A stretch of 64,000 nucleotides of DNA from Camelus ferus (taxonomy: Eukaryota). Position 1 is the first letter of the stretch. Each line of letters starts with the position of its first letter. Positions 38,240 to 50,727 of this stretch are shown here, piece by piece. The position numbers and the translations under genes are program-made. The notes under the pieces are model-generated. The model saw nothing but the letters and a program-made list of their open reading frames with translations. It had not been told where the DNA came from and did no database searches. Location: assembly GCF_009834535.1 (NCBI RefSeq), contig NC_045697.1:80540001-80604000 (forward strand), read 5' to 3'.

Positions 38240-39222
38240 GAAGTATTATGCTTGTGAGTTATTTATGGCTTCATTCTGCTGTCTTATCTATAAGAGCTTG
38301 AGTAAGGAATTACTTGTTGAAATTTACATTCTTTCGTAACTATAGATCAGTAAACCCAAAAGGTTTATAACCACCAAGAAATGTGAACTAGGGAAAATTT
38401 TTAAATTATTACTCTTCACTTCAGAATCTTCTTTACAATTAACATGGTAGAGTTGAACGTTCTCTGGAACCCTAAAGACGTACAAAATGTCATATTTTGT
38501 AATATCTAGGCAGTTTCACTTATTTTAAAACAAACTGCTTATACTTTTTATGCTCTGATAATAGTTGCAAGCATGCTACATTCTAGAATTTTTTTCCAAG
38601 GATATTGTTAACATTATCTTTATAGCTTTGCATTTTTATTGTGCTTTACTGATTTTATCTATCGATGTCTAGGCAATCATATTTTAGAACCAAATTCCTA
38701 AGTGTACTCTGGGAAACGTAACAATTATATCACTGCAGGAGCACAAAGGGGAGAGTGCAGCCCTGTGTCACAAGTGAGCTGGATACAGCTATTCCACATC
38801 CTCTTCCAGGCTTCTTGGATATTTGTCTTTGTTCTTAGAATTTTCTGTATCTCTTCATTTGGCTCTGCTCTTAAATTTTTTTTTTTTAAATGTATCTCTT
38901 CATTGCAACAGATGTTCAAAGAGTTTCTTAAAGTCCACTTTTAAGAAATGTGCTACCTCATCTACAGTACTTTATCTTTCTCGCTAGAATTGAAGATGAG
39001 GTAAATACAAGGGACCATCTCTTTCCTCCATGCTTGACTTTTATCAGAGGAAGAAAAAGCACACGGATGAAAGAGGAAGCACATGCTATAATCTGTCATT
39101 TCTCAACAAAGTCCATGATCTGCATACAATGAACTAGGACTGGTATTCAATGACCCACTTTCATTCCACAGATATTTACTGATAGCCCCTCCAATGTCCA
39201 ACTTAAAAGTAGACAGGACTGA

Positions 39223-39374
39223 AGGTGGGATGGTACAATTCAGGGGTAGAATGCATGTCTAGCATGCACAAGTTCCTGGGTTCAATCCCTAGTACCTCCA
39301 TTAAAATAAATAAATAAAAGCTATGTAACTCTTCCAAAATAAAAAAAATACATTTTTAAAAATGTGAAATAAAA
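39223..39374 (+). mobile_element. tRNA-derived SINE of camelid type, with A-rich tail and TSD
   Basis: Head gggatggtacaattcaggggtagaatgcatgtctagcatgcacaagttcctgggttcaatccctagtacctcc with B box GGTTCAATCC (39279-39288); TSD AAAAGTAGACAGGACTGA (39205-39222) / AAAAATAGACAGGAATGA (39375-39392). Confidence 0.9.
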
Positions 39375-40295
39375 AAAAATAGACAGGAATGATGTTAATG
39401 TGGAGTATTATTGAAGTTTGACCAGGCCTGTCCCTGTGCTAACGGCTTTTACCTCCTTCTTCCTGTTTATTCCTCATTATGACACCATGGGTTAGATATA
39501 GTAGTGTCATTTTAAATATGAAGAAATGAAGGCATAAGGAGATGAAGCTGATGGTCTCATTATTAATAAAGCACTTTTGAAACATGTAGAGTTACTCTAC
39601 GTATCATATTAGCTCCTTATGCCTCCCAGCATCCCTGCTAAGCAGATGAAGATCATTGTTACTTGGCTTGAAGCCTCTCCTCCACTTGATTTTTAAAGGT
39701 TATTTGGAGGAAAAAAAAGAGTATGGGGGCATTTTCTCTCCAAGGTTTTTCCTACTTTTAATCTGAGAATGGAGTCATACGCTGTAAACGCCAAGAAGTT
39801 CTAGGGGTCCGCAGAAATGCATGCTACACAGATGCAAACTATATGGTTTCTCAGGAAATAAAAAGAAGTTCTAATAAAATGTACTGAAAAGTGATTACAC
39901 AGGAATAGTAATAAGAGGCTGTCTGAAAGGAGAAACCTGCTTCGAAAGAACAGCTTCTCTATTTCCCTCCCTTTGAAGCCATTTCAGCTGTCCAGAGTTG
40001 CGCTGAAGGAAATCCATCACAGAGAAGAAAGGACATTTCTATTCTACACCCTCCCCATTCCTTTTATGCTCCCCTTAAGCCTCCCTCCCCTGCACCCTCA
40101 CGGTTGCTTCACTGCCAGCTGGTGAAGGGAAAGCTATTCCTAGCACAGCAGATGTAGGAAGCACCAGCCAGATGAGCCCTGGACCTGGCTGTTGGTTTGG
40201 TTTGGTAATAAGGAAACAGCTCAAGAGAAACACAGGAACAGAGCGCAGAATCATTCTGCTTAGAAGCATTATGCAACAGCTGTGAGATAAATCTT

Positions 40296-40388
40296 GAAAG
40301 AAAGAGGGGAAAAAAGAGGGAGGAAAGAAAGAGGGAAAAAAGAGGGAGGAAAGGAAGAAGGGAATAAGACACAGAGAGAGAGAGAAAA
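40296..40388. repeat. Polypurine (GA-rich) low-complexity tract with a short tandem duplication
   Basis: Two near-copies of gaaagaaagaggg(g)aaaaaagagggaggaaag. Confidence 0.85.
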
Positions 40389-40819
40389 CTGATTTTGCTT
40401 CAAAAGGCCTGCAAATTCTGGAGTTATATAAATTCTATTTGTTCTGTAATAGGAATATCAAAACACTGCGCATCAGCTCCTTAGGCTTAGCTAAAGTGCC
40501 TGTGTTCTCTTCGTTTTTATAGCTACTGATTTATAAAGGCTTGTATGTTAAGAGGCTGTGCTCTTCTGATTATATCATAACTGGCCATGGGAATAGGAAT
40601 TATTTTCTCTGGAGTATGTTCTGAGACAGCATCCTATTCTTAAAGAAATCTGCATAAAGCTGAAGCACTGGCATACTGGTTTGGCTGAAATAGTATGTGA
40701 TTCTGTTTATGATACTTCCTGTCCAACTTTGTACAAGTTTGGGAGAAGGAATTGGGGAGTAAAAGAAAATAAATGAAGGTTTCCATATTCAAAGAAAAAA
40801 TGTAAGAGAGGGAAAGGAA

Positions 40820-41960
40820 CCAGAATCATAGAAGTTAAAAATACATGAGAAAGTCATTAAAAACCCCAAACAGTAAAGCTGTAAAGAACCACATGTAGTC
40901 CGACAGCTTGTCCTAGAATGCTTCCAGGGGTGGGGATTTCAGTTTCTCACCAAAAAGTTCATTTTATTTCTGAAGAGTTTGCTAATAGAAGGTTCTTATT
41001 TGGTTTGATCCAGGTTCTACTCATCTGGAATCTTAATAAATGGAGACTCTCTTCCACATTACAGTTCTTCAAATACGTGCAGACAGTTACCATGTTTCTG
41101 AGTTGTTTCAGCTATTTCAGCCAATCCTCACGCCCTGCGGTTGCCAGATTTCCTCCTTGGCATGCACTTCAGTCTTTCGGTGTCCTTCTTAAAATCTGGC
41201 ACTGGGAATTGAACACAATACTCCAGATGTGGTCTGAACAGTGCAAAGGTGAGCGGCACTATTACCATCCTTGACGTGAAGTCTATATTTGATGAGGATC
41301 CACATCAGTTTATTTGGCAGTTCATCATGTGGTTGGCACATGATAAGCTTGCAGGCAGCTAAAACCTCAAGTTATTATTTTTTGTGTGTGTATGACTTTC
41401 TAAAGCCAGGTTTCCTACATCTTGTAGAAGAACAGTTAAGTTGGTGAATCTACACAGAGAACTGCCCACTTCCTGATGTTTTTGCTCATCCTTCCTGCTA
41501 CTTAATGACTTAGAAGATACTTGATTTTGTCATCCAATATGTTAGCTGTTCCTCCCCTGTTAATTCTGGTAAATATGTGTCTTTATCTGAATCATGTGTT
41601 ATCGATTTTGAGGGGACAGCACTGACTCTGAACAAAGCCTTATGAAATGTTGCTGGAGACCTGCCCTCAGATCAACTTTGATTTATTACTCAGGTCACCT
41701 AGAATGACTCATTCAACTTTTTACTTATCATTCAGTCTAATTTTTTATTAATTGAAAAGGATTGATGTTTCTACAAGTTTTGTTGAAACTAAGATATTGT
41801 ATACCTATAACTTCCCCTGATGTTGGCATTCCAAAAGAAAATTAAATGATACTTTGGGACATGATTTCTTCTCATTGAACCTGGGGTACATTCTAATGAT
41901 CACTGATTCCTTTACTAACTTACTCAATAACAATCATTGCCTAGTCAAGTAGAATTTTTA
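40820..41960 (-). mobile_element. L3/CR1 LINE fragment
   Basis: agaatcatagaa 3' end and gaattgaacacaatactccagatgtggtctgaacagtgca, the reverse of the conserved CR1 RT 3' region. Confidence 0.82.
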
Positions 41961-42242
41961 ACCAAGCCACCATAATCAGTTTTTCAGTTTTGTTCTTATA
42001 ATCCAGACTTTTCTCTTTGACACCGAGATACTGCTCATCTTCAATATTCTGATACATTTGCTTTTCAAGAGTCTTCAACTGTTGCTTCTCAATTTTTTCA
42101 CACACGTGTTAATGTACAAAATATAGCATGTAATTTAATCCACTGTGGAGTCTCAATTCAGTTAACCATTCTTAGTCTCTTAACTCAGGTAACCAAGTGC
42201 CTTCTACAAGGACAAACCCCTGGATGAGGTAGTGCTGAAAGC

Positions 42243-42260
42243 AGTCACTAGAGGGCAATA
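42243..42260 (+). promoter_or_regulatory. Candidate CTCF core motif
   Basis: AGTCACTAGAGGGCAATA matches the core CCACYAGRKGGCR except at the first C. Confidence 0.45.
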
Positions 42261-42589
42261 GAGGGCTGAGAAATAGGTACTGGACTGAGTGACAGCAGGT
42301 TAGGATCCAGAGACCTACCTCTAGGCTAGAGAGGGCCAGCCCTCTGTAGAAGAAGCGAATATTTAGGCTTATCCAAAAATTCCAGTTTAGATATACAGTT
42401 CACATAAGAACTAGGATAGAACTGGGACATGATCAAGGTGGATCTGCCAGTCAGCACTCAGATGGAGAACACAGCAATGACAAACATTTTTAGGAAGTTG
42501 GTATCAATGTCAGAAAATGGCCTTGACAACAGGAGTCTTGTCATGGTCAAAGTCTGCATTCAAAGCTAAGATCAAAACAGCACAGACTC

Positions 42590-42790
42590 AGCAATAATAG
42601 CTACAGTATATTGAGTGTCTACTATATGTCTAGCAATAAACCAACAATCTCTCCCATTCTTGAAACAACCTTTGGAAAGTAATAGCATCCCCATTTCATA
42701 AAAAGGAAACCGGAATTTAAGAAATTAAGTGGCAGAGCTAGGATCTAGAAAGGTCTGTTGAGCTCCAAAACATGTATTCTTTATGCTGAA
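42590..42790 (-). mobile_element. MIR SINE
   Basis: aataatagctacagtatattgagtgtctactatatg...catccccatttcataaaaaggaaac...agtggcagagctaggat. Confidence 0.78.
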
Positions 42791-45504
42791 AGGCTACAGA
42801 GTATCCTGATTCAATAATTAGAAGTCTGGGAAGAAGGCATGGTAAAAGCTTGTGACAATCTGCTTCAAAGACCTGGCTTTCTCTCAGAATTTGTGGAGAG
42901 TAGACACATCCCATTTATCTTGGGCTTCTATATGTTAGTAATCATATCCCATCAACTCTTCACAGTTTGAAGTTCATTCTGCTTTTGAAGGAGGGTGAAA
43001 ACAAAATATATTCTATTTTCTTTAAAATCTTGAGGTAAATGTATATTTTGTAAACATATCACTTTTTTAGTCCTATGGATTAAAAAAAAACTTAGTGTAA
43101 AAAAGATTCTCAGTAATAATTTGAATTTCAAATAGAACCTACACCTTTTGGCCTCAAATACTGGCCACGTAAGTGTAGCACCAGCTCGTCCTAGTAAAAA
43201 TGCATACTAATTAATTATGGGAGGAAGTATTTAAAAGGATAAAAAAAGATTTTCAATTTTAGTATCTGTAAAACCAAAGAATAAGATAAGTGGTAGCATA
43301 AAGGTTATTTAAAGTGCTGAATGCTAAATAGCTTAGATGGAAGTGAAGTTAAAGTGCTCTGGGGGAAAAAGATTCAAAAGGTAGCAGAATTGATGATAAG
43401 GTCACTGATGTCAAAGATGTCATGTCATGGACTGATGTCATGTCACTTATGCATGACATAAGTTTGAATAAAGTTGTTTTAAGAAATGTGAGATTAAAAA
43501 AGGCAATGTTTTTAAATGTATAGGAAGCATTCTAGAACAAGCTCTAGGAGTAAGTAAAGAAGTATGGTTCTTTATAGCTTTACTGTTCTGTGTTTCTAAT
43601 GGCTTTCTCAGCAAAGAAGTAATTAAAATAATATATTAAAACCAAAATCTATTTTAGGCTTTCTGAAAGGATGTCCTCTGGTTTCCCAGAGTCACTGACA
43701 TCTCATTAGATATCTGAATATATTCATTACATATCTGAATATGTGGAAATTTGTTAACAATGATCTCCCTTCTCTCTGCCTCCCTCTTTCCCAGCATATG
43801 AGAATATTCCTTGCAATTAATACAGATTTCTTCTTGACATTAATATTAATAGCTTTCTTTGATCTTAAAGAATATAATCTGCAAGGAGTATGAAATAGAA
43901 CAAAATTTCAAGTTTATGAACATAAATCCATAATTCATATTATTTCCTTGTGTTTCCATCCTTTATGAGGATACAGATTTCAAATATTTGTAAAAGAAAA
44001 TAAATGAAATGCTTAATTCAAATTCTGCCTTAAACAAAATACCTAGGAAGCTCTATGTTTCAAAAAACTAAAATACCTTCCTTTGTTTCATTTAAAGTTA
44101 AACATAGATTGTACTTTAGAAGTCCACATCAATCTCCTTTAACTCACTGCACAAACTGTCCCATGGACAAAGATTTCCAGTTATTAAAGGCATTTTTCGA
44201 TGTATGGAGATTACCAATAGGTGGGAATGTATCTCACAGCAGCGAGAGAGATGAAGCCAGCTGGTCCTGGGCAGCAATCCACCAATGGCCCACTTGCTGA
44301 AAGTAGAGCCATGCCTTTTAAATTTGCACTGTTTCTAAAATGTCCATGGACATTCAACACCTATACCCCAGGAGCCAGATGTCTGGAACCTCTTAGAAAT
44401 AATTTCCAATTTGTTCTAATGCAGTAATGCTTCCTCTTTGTTATTCTCTGTTCACGTATCTGTCTTACGTTATTTTGGTCCCCTTCGTTCCCCTAACAAA
44501 CAGAGCTATGTTCTTCTCTATCCCCTTCTCTCAATTTCTTGACTGTTTTCTTTAGCATATGAGAGCACACAGCATCTGTTTCTGAGTCTATGCCAGGTGG
44601 ATGAAATTAGCTATTGGAGAAATCTGAGGAAAAGGAGATCAAGGTACTTTTAAAATAGGCAGGAGATAATGGAAGGGTAGAAAAGGAATTGAAAGATGGA
44701 GACGCTCATTATCAGGAAAACACTAAAGCCACCTAGAGTTCTGTCAGACCCAGTGGCATGGACATCTCGTTTGAGAAAGTCCTTGAGATGGTTACGGCAG
44801 ACATACTATATCTACCTCTCCCTACCCCAAATTCTCATTAAAATATATCAAAGTAAGTGGACAGACTGGTTATCATTTACATGTTAACTCAACTGATTAA
44901 CCAACTTCTTTTAGGTCCTAAGTCTACATGGACTCATGGTAATCTAAATCATTATATAAACAGGAAATTTGGGGAAAAAAATCAACAGAAATACTCAGAA
45001 GCCAAAGTTCCATGTCATCCTTCAGGGGTAGTGCCAGGGTTTTTCTTATAAGAGAAACCATTAGGATGCAGTCTGTTTGGTTTTTCTAAGCACTAAATTT
45101 ATATGAGTGGAGCTCAATAAATACCATGAAAATAATAATGTCAAACATCTGTAGAGTACTTTCCAGTCTACACATTCCTTTGTTTAACCTTCATAATTGT
45201 TATAACCCTCATTTGTAGATAAGGGCACTAAATCTTATGGAGGTAAAAAGAACTAGTTAAGATCACATTGGTAAACGACAATGTTTTAAACCATAACTTT
45301 CATATTCCAAAATGAAATTTTCTGATTCTAAATCTTGTTTGTGGGTCAACATTTGCTTCTGTGGACCAACTTACCCTTGACCTAGCCCAATATTCAAGTG
45401 ACTATGAGTAGAGGAAGCAAATCTCACTCTATCCTAGGAGACACACTCTCCTTAATTTGTGAGATTGTAGTCCTCTGCTTCATACAGTCTGAATGAGGCA
45501 CTGA

Positions 45505-45950
45505 AAGTGAGAAAATCATTTTGAAATATGAATTAGATCATGTCACTGCTCAAAACTTTTCCATAGCATCCCATCACCTCTGGGTTAAATTTTAAAGTCC
45601 TTACCATGGGCTGCAAGACCATATGTAGTCTGGCCCCTGACTCTGTCTCTGTTCTCGCTCCCTACCACACTCCGCTCACTCACTCCACACCAGCCTCCTG
45701 ACCATTTTGCAGCCATGCCAAGCTGGCTCCAATCCCAGGCCCTTAACACTGTTGCTCCCTCAGCCCAGATCAACTGGTTTACCTTGTTCCTCGTTTCATT
45801 CAGGTTGCAAATGTTTCCTCTTCAGAGACACCCTCTCTGAGTGCCCTATAGAAATAGTTCCTCTCATTTTCTTTTTCCTTAAGTTGCTTTATTTTCTTTT
45901 AATAGTATTTACCACTTCCTGACATTGTATCATCTTTTTATTAATGTATG
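45505..45950 (+). mobile_element. L2 LINE 3' fragment
   Basis: agatcatgtcactgctcaaaacttttcca...aaagtccttaccatgggctgcaagacc...ttcctcttcagagacaccctctctga. Confidence 0.8.
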
Positions 45951-47094
45951 TATTAGGTACAAAAGCGCCATTTTTACAGGTTAAAAATGTTCAAATATCA
46001 GAAATTTAAATGATACCACTAGTAGGTATACATGCAACCTGTTCATTTTCATTGATATATTTTTATTTATGTGAAAAAATTTCATGTAAATTCACTTCTG
46101 TGAGGAAGAATGCAATGTTGGTTGGATTATTGCATTGTATCTAGTCTATACTACATTATTTCATAAGTTTTGTTTATTTTATAAGAGTAGCTATTGTCAC
46201 AAAATGTTCTTTTGGAATCATAAACATGCATTTATTATATATAAACTAGAGTATATACCTACACAAACCATTATTCAGTTTATGAAAATTAAAGTGCTTT
46301 GCTAACATTTACTTTACATAGAGTTCTTATTACGTGTGTAACCCAATCATGATGAAACAGAAAAACACTCCACAAAAACAGAAAGTCAAGGAAGTAAGGC
46401 TAAGGAATGAATTAAGGTATTTATAAGTTATGAAAATGACAGCTCATGGCAAGTGTTCTAATCCCACTGAATATAAGGAAGAACAGAAGCAGCTTAACCG
46501 GAATTTAAAATTGGTTGGGAAAGGGAATTTTCCTGCTTATGTGGTTAGAAATAACCATGACTTTTTTAAATCAGAAAAGGCTTTGGATTTTTTTTCTCTA
46601 GTTTTTTTTGTTTTTTTTTTTTAATGAAAATTACCTTGGGGGATTGTTTAGCTATCCTGTAATGTCAACTTAACATGTGGCCCATGTCCAAAGCTGCTAT
46701 AGAAGGAAATAAAACTCATTCCCAAATTGTTCTGGGATAATAATACATCCTTTTATTTATAAGAAGACAAAGTACATAATTTAAACTCTGCTTGTTGGAT
46801 CCTGAAATTAATATATTAAGGAAATAGATAATAAAAAATCTTTCCTCTTATAATAAGTAAAATTAAATTATTCAGTAAAGGCAAAACAATTTTAAAACTT
46901 TAAAAGATTTGATTTAAAATTCACAGTAGCAATAAATGGTAGCTATTTGGCTTACAGTCTAATGATAACTTCTCCTTTTCCCTTTCTCTTCTCTTTGTCT
47001 CTTTATTTCCAACTAACTTGATTTAGGCTTCTCTTTAATTATCTGGAACAAAATATAATTTAAACTATAACCAAATATTCAATGAAGCCCATTG

Positions 47095-47671
47095 ATAACC
47101 TATGGAATGGGAGAAAACATTTGCAAACAATGTGACAGACAAGGGCTCAATTTCCAAAATATACAAACATCTCATACAACTCAATAACAAAAAACAAACA
47201 ACCTAGTCAAAAAACAGGCAGAAGACCTAAATATTTCTCCAAAGAAGACATACAGACGAGTAACAGTCACATGAAAAAATGTTCAACATCTCTAATCACT
47301 AGAGAAATGCAAATCAAAACTACAGTGAAATACCACCTCACTCTGGTTGGAATGGCCATCATCAAAAAGTCTACAAATAATTAATGCTAGAGAGGGTATG
47401 GATAAAAGGGAATCCTCCTACACTGTTGGTAGGAATGTAAATTAGCATATCTACTATAGAAAACAGTATGGAGGTTCCTTAAAAAACTAAAAATAGAGTT
47501 ACTATATGATCTATTAATCTATGCCTGGATATATATCTGGGAAAGATGAAAGCTCTAATTCTAATAGATACATGCACCCCAATATTCATAGTGGCACTAT
47601 TTACAATAGCTAAGACATGGAAGCAGCCTAAACGTCCATCAACAGATGAATGGATAAAGAAGATGTGAGTG

Positions 47672-47715
<44 letters not shown>

Positions 47716-48212
47716 GAATATTACTCAGCCATAAAAAAGAATGAAATAATGCCATTTGCAGGAACATGGATGGACCTAGAGATTATCACACTAAGTGAAG
47801 TAAGCCAGAGAAAGATAAATATTATATGGTATCACTTAAAGGTAGAATCTAAAAAATAATACAAATGAGTCTATACACAAAACAGAAACCGATTCACAGA
47901 CATAGGAAACAAACTTATGGTTACCAAAGGGGAAGTGGGAGAAAGGGATAAATTGGGAGTATGGGATTAATAGAAGGACACTACTATATATAGAATAGAT
48001 AAACAACAAGGATTTACTGTATAGCATAGGGAACTATACTCAATATCTTGTAATAAACTATAATGGAAAATAATTGAAAAAAGAATATATATATATATAT
48101 ATATAATATATATATATATATAAAACTGAATCACTTTACTATAAACCTGAAACTAACGCAATATTGTAAATCAGCTATGCTTCAATAAAAAATAAAGATA
48201 AATTTAAAAAAG
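47095..48212 (+). mobile_element. 5'-truncated LINE-1 (ORF2 C-terminal remnant and 3' UTR) with (CA)n and (TA)n expansions
   Basis: gaatgggagaaaacatttgcaaac...tactcagccataaaaaagaatgaaataatgccatttgca...ggatttactgtatagcatagggaactatactcaatatcttgtaata, ending in an A-rich tail. No convincing TSD found. Confidence 0.95.
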
Positions 48213-48249
48213 AAGTATTACAAATATACTGGAAATTAGTTAGACACCC

Positions 48250-48830
48250 ATTCATTTAATAAATATTTATTGACTGTTTACGCCATGTAATGTCAGATAT
48301 GGGGAAATTTAAATTTTTAAGATAAGGCATATGCCTTTGAAGAGCTCAAAGTGCAATGGAGAATATGGTGATGAGAGCTGTAGTACTGATAAGTGTAAAT
48401 AAAATATGTGAATAAAAAAGGAGACACTTATCTGCAGGAATTAGCAAAGGAAGTAAAATTTGATTTGAGTTCTGATGGATAAATCACATATACACAGGAT
48501 GAGAAAGGGGTAAAAGTCACTTCAAAAGAAACAGCACAAAAAGGCACCAAAGTATGAGAAAGGGATAACTTCATGAAATGGTGACATGATCAGGCATGTA
48601 AGTAGATTATAGGATACTTCGAGGAGCAGTGAGAAAGGAGTCTGGAAAGACAGCGAGGGGCTGGTTTGTGACGGGTCTTTTGTGCTGAGATGTGGGCTCC
48701 CCATGGCCAACAGCACCATCTGATATGCAATTTAGTAAGACAATTCCAGGAGCTTAATGGAAAAAAACGGTGGAAGGAAGAGAACAGTGGCCAAGGACCA
48801 TTTCACAGACTGTTGCCACTTCACAGGTAA
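48250..48830 (-). mobile_element. L2 LINE 3' region
   Basis: cattcatttaataaatatttattgactgtttac (reverse L2 tail) followed by purine-rich L2 body. Confidence 0.7.
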
Positions 48831-48920
48831 GATGAACCTACGTAATTATGTATGTTGTCATTCATTAAAGAATACATTTTACTTTAGAATAATTAATGTC
48901 TTTAATAATTGTGGGCAGCA

Positions 48921-49158
48921 CAGTTCTCTCTCAACTGTTGAGCACAAAACCATAATCACAAATGTACAACATATGTTTTCATAGTTATGGCCACCAATTT
49001 GTATATTGAATACAACAGTTTGCTTCTTTTATGCCTTTTTTTTTTAAAATAAGTAACATTACCTTGCAAAAAAGACTCCAAATTGCCTATGTGAGGAGAA
49101 CCTTAAAAGTCAGATAGAATATCATCTACATGGCTTAAATACATCTTTTTATTTTATG
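48921..49158 (+). repeat. ~240-bp direct duplication, copy 1 (copy 2 at 49637-49876)
   Basis: Colinear match over the whole length, roughly 90% identical by eye. Confidence 0.95.
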
Positions 49159-49636
49159 CAATGTTTTTAGGCAAGGCTAGGTTTGGGAAGGTGGGCCTTG
49201 AGGGGAACTCATTACACAGTAAGTAAATAGCGATCAAGGCTTCAATGTGATGTCTGATGCTTTGGGATAATGACAATTCTTATATTCAACTCTCTCAAAG
49301 GTATTTTTAAAATTTACACCTTGTATTTACATATCTTATTTCCACTTTATTTACATATCTTTATTACCGTCTTTACACATCTTTTCAAAAGTTAATTTCA
49401 GAGACCTCTCCTGAGAAAAGTGAAAACAAAAATAAATCCTGTATGACTATAAAACTAATAAGAAATACATTTTACTGAAAAATAAAATTCAAAATTAAGT
49501 CAACTGTTTATTTGAGAATGGCAATAGGTCTTTAAAGTTCTTCTGCAGCAAGTGTGATTTTTAGCTCCACTGAGTAGGAAAATTTTAAATCAACCTTTCC
49601 AGGATACAACATTGAAAAACAAAACCCAACAACTTC

Positions 49637-49876
49637 CAGTTCTCTCTCTATTGCTGAGCACAAAACCATAATCACAAATGCACAACGTATGTTTTCATAG
49701 TTTATGGTCACTAATTTGTTTGTATATTGAATATAATGGTTTGCTTCTTTTATGCTTTTTTTTTTTTTAAATAAGTAACATTACCTTGCAAAAAAGACTC
49801 CAAACTGCCTATGTGAGGAGAACCTTAAAAGTCAGAATATCATCTACACGGCTTAAATATATCTTTTAATTTTATG
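49637..49876 (+). repeat. ~240-bp direct duplication, copy 2
   Basis: Matches 48921-49158. Confidence 0.95.
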
Positions 49877-50671
49877 ATGTAATGGCAGTCTTAGAACTTT
49901 TATGCATAAATAACAAGTCAGTCAAGCACACAGACCTTCTAAGACATCCTCTTGGACAACACCTTCTAAGTTAGGAGTCAGCGATTACCATTCTATGTTC
50001 CATACTAAGGTGCTCAAGAAAACAGCTTCAGATTGAGTGACACATACAAGTGCAACAAATCTTTTTAAATTTGCATGTTGTTTTGGGAACTTCTTAAAAG
50101 AAACTATAAGCCAGCATATGGAAAGTTATAAACGCAGCCCAAGTCCGCCTGGAATCTAATTAGAGATGCCTTCCAGCTGTTGCCACTGCCCAGAGCCTCT
50201 ATTTCCTCTTACCCTCTCCTTCCAAACTACCATGGAAAAGAAAGCTGAACAGCAGTTCTCCTGATGCAACTTGAACTGAGTGAGGCGGCTGAGTAAAAAA
50301 GATGAAAAGCCAGCCAACTTACTTAATGTTCCTGTACATAAAGCACTGCACTCTGAAAATCCAGTCAAACTGGGGAGAAAGTTACAGAAGCAAAATTATA
50401 ATAAAAAAAAAATTATGTGCGTAACCAGGAGCACAGTGTTATCAAGGTTAGACTAAAGACTGATTGCAGTCTAATATTTCCCTATGTGTCGAGAAATTAA
50501 GGAATCAATTAATTATGTTTCTAATTATATCATGTTACCCAAACCAGACACCATTATGATAATTAAAGTTCTGTAAACCATTAGCTTTGATAAATATCAG
50601 GCCCCTACATCATAGATTTGCTATTTTTTTCTCTCTATCTTTTTTATTCTGGATATTTTACCTTTAGCTGT

Positions 50672-50682
50672 TATCTATCTAC

Positions 50683-50727
<45 letters not shown>
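50672..50727. repeat. (TATC)n tetranucleotide microsatellite
   Basis: About 14 units with one TACC interruption. Confidence 0.97.

Noticed and set aside
39224..39300. tRNA gene
   Set aside because: Degenerate A box, no convincing cloverleaf, followed by an A-rich tail and flanked by a TSD: a SINE.
48921..49876. Two-LTR mini-retrotransposon or CRISPR-like array
   Set aside because: No TG...CA ends, TSD, PBS or PPT; only two units; eukaryotic context. Kept as a local duplication.
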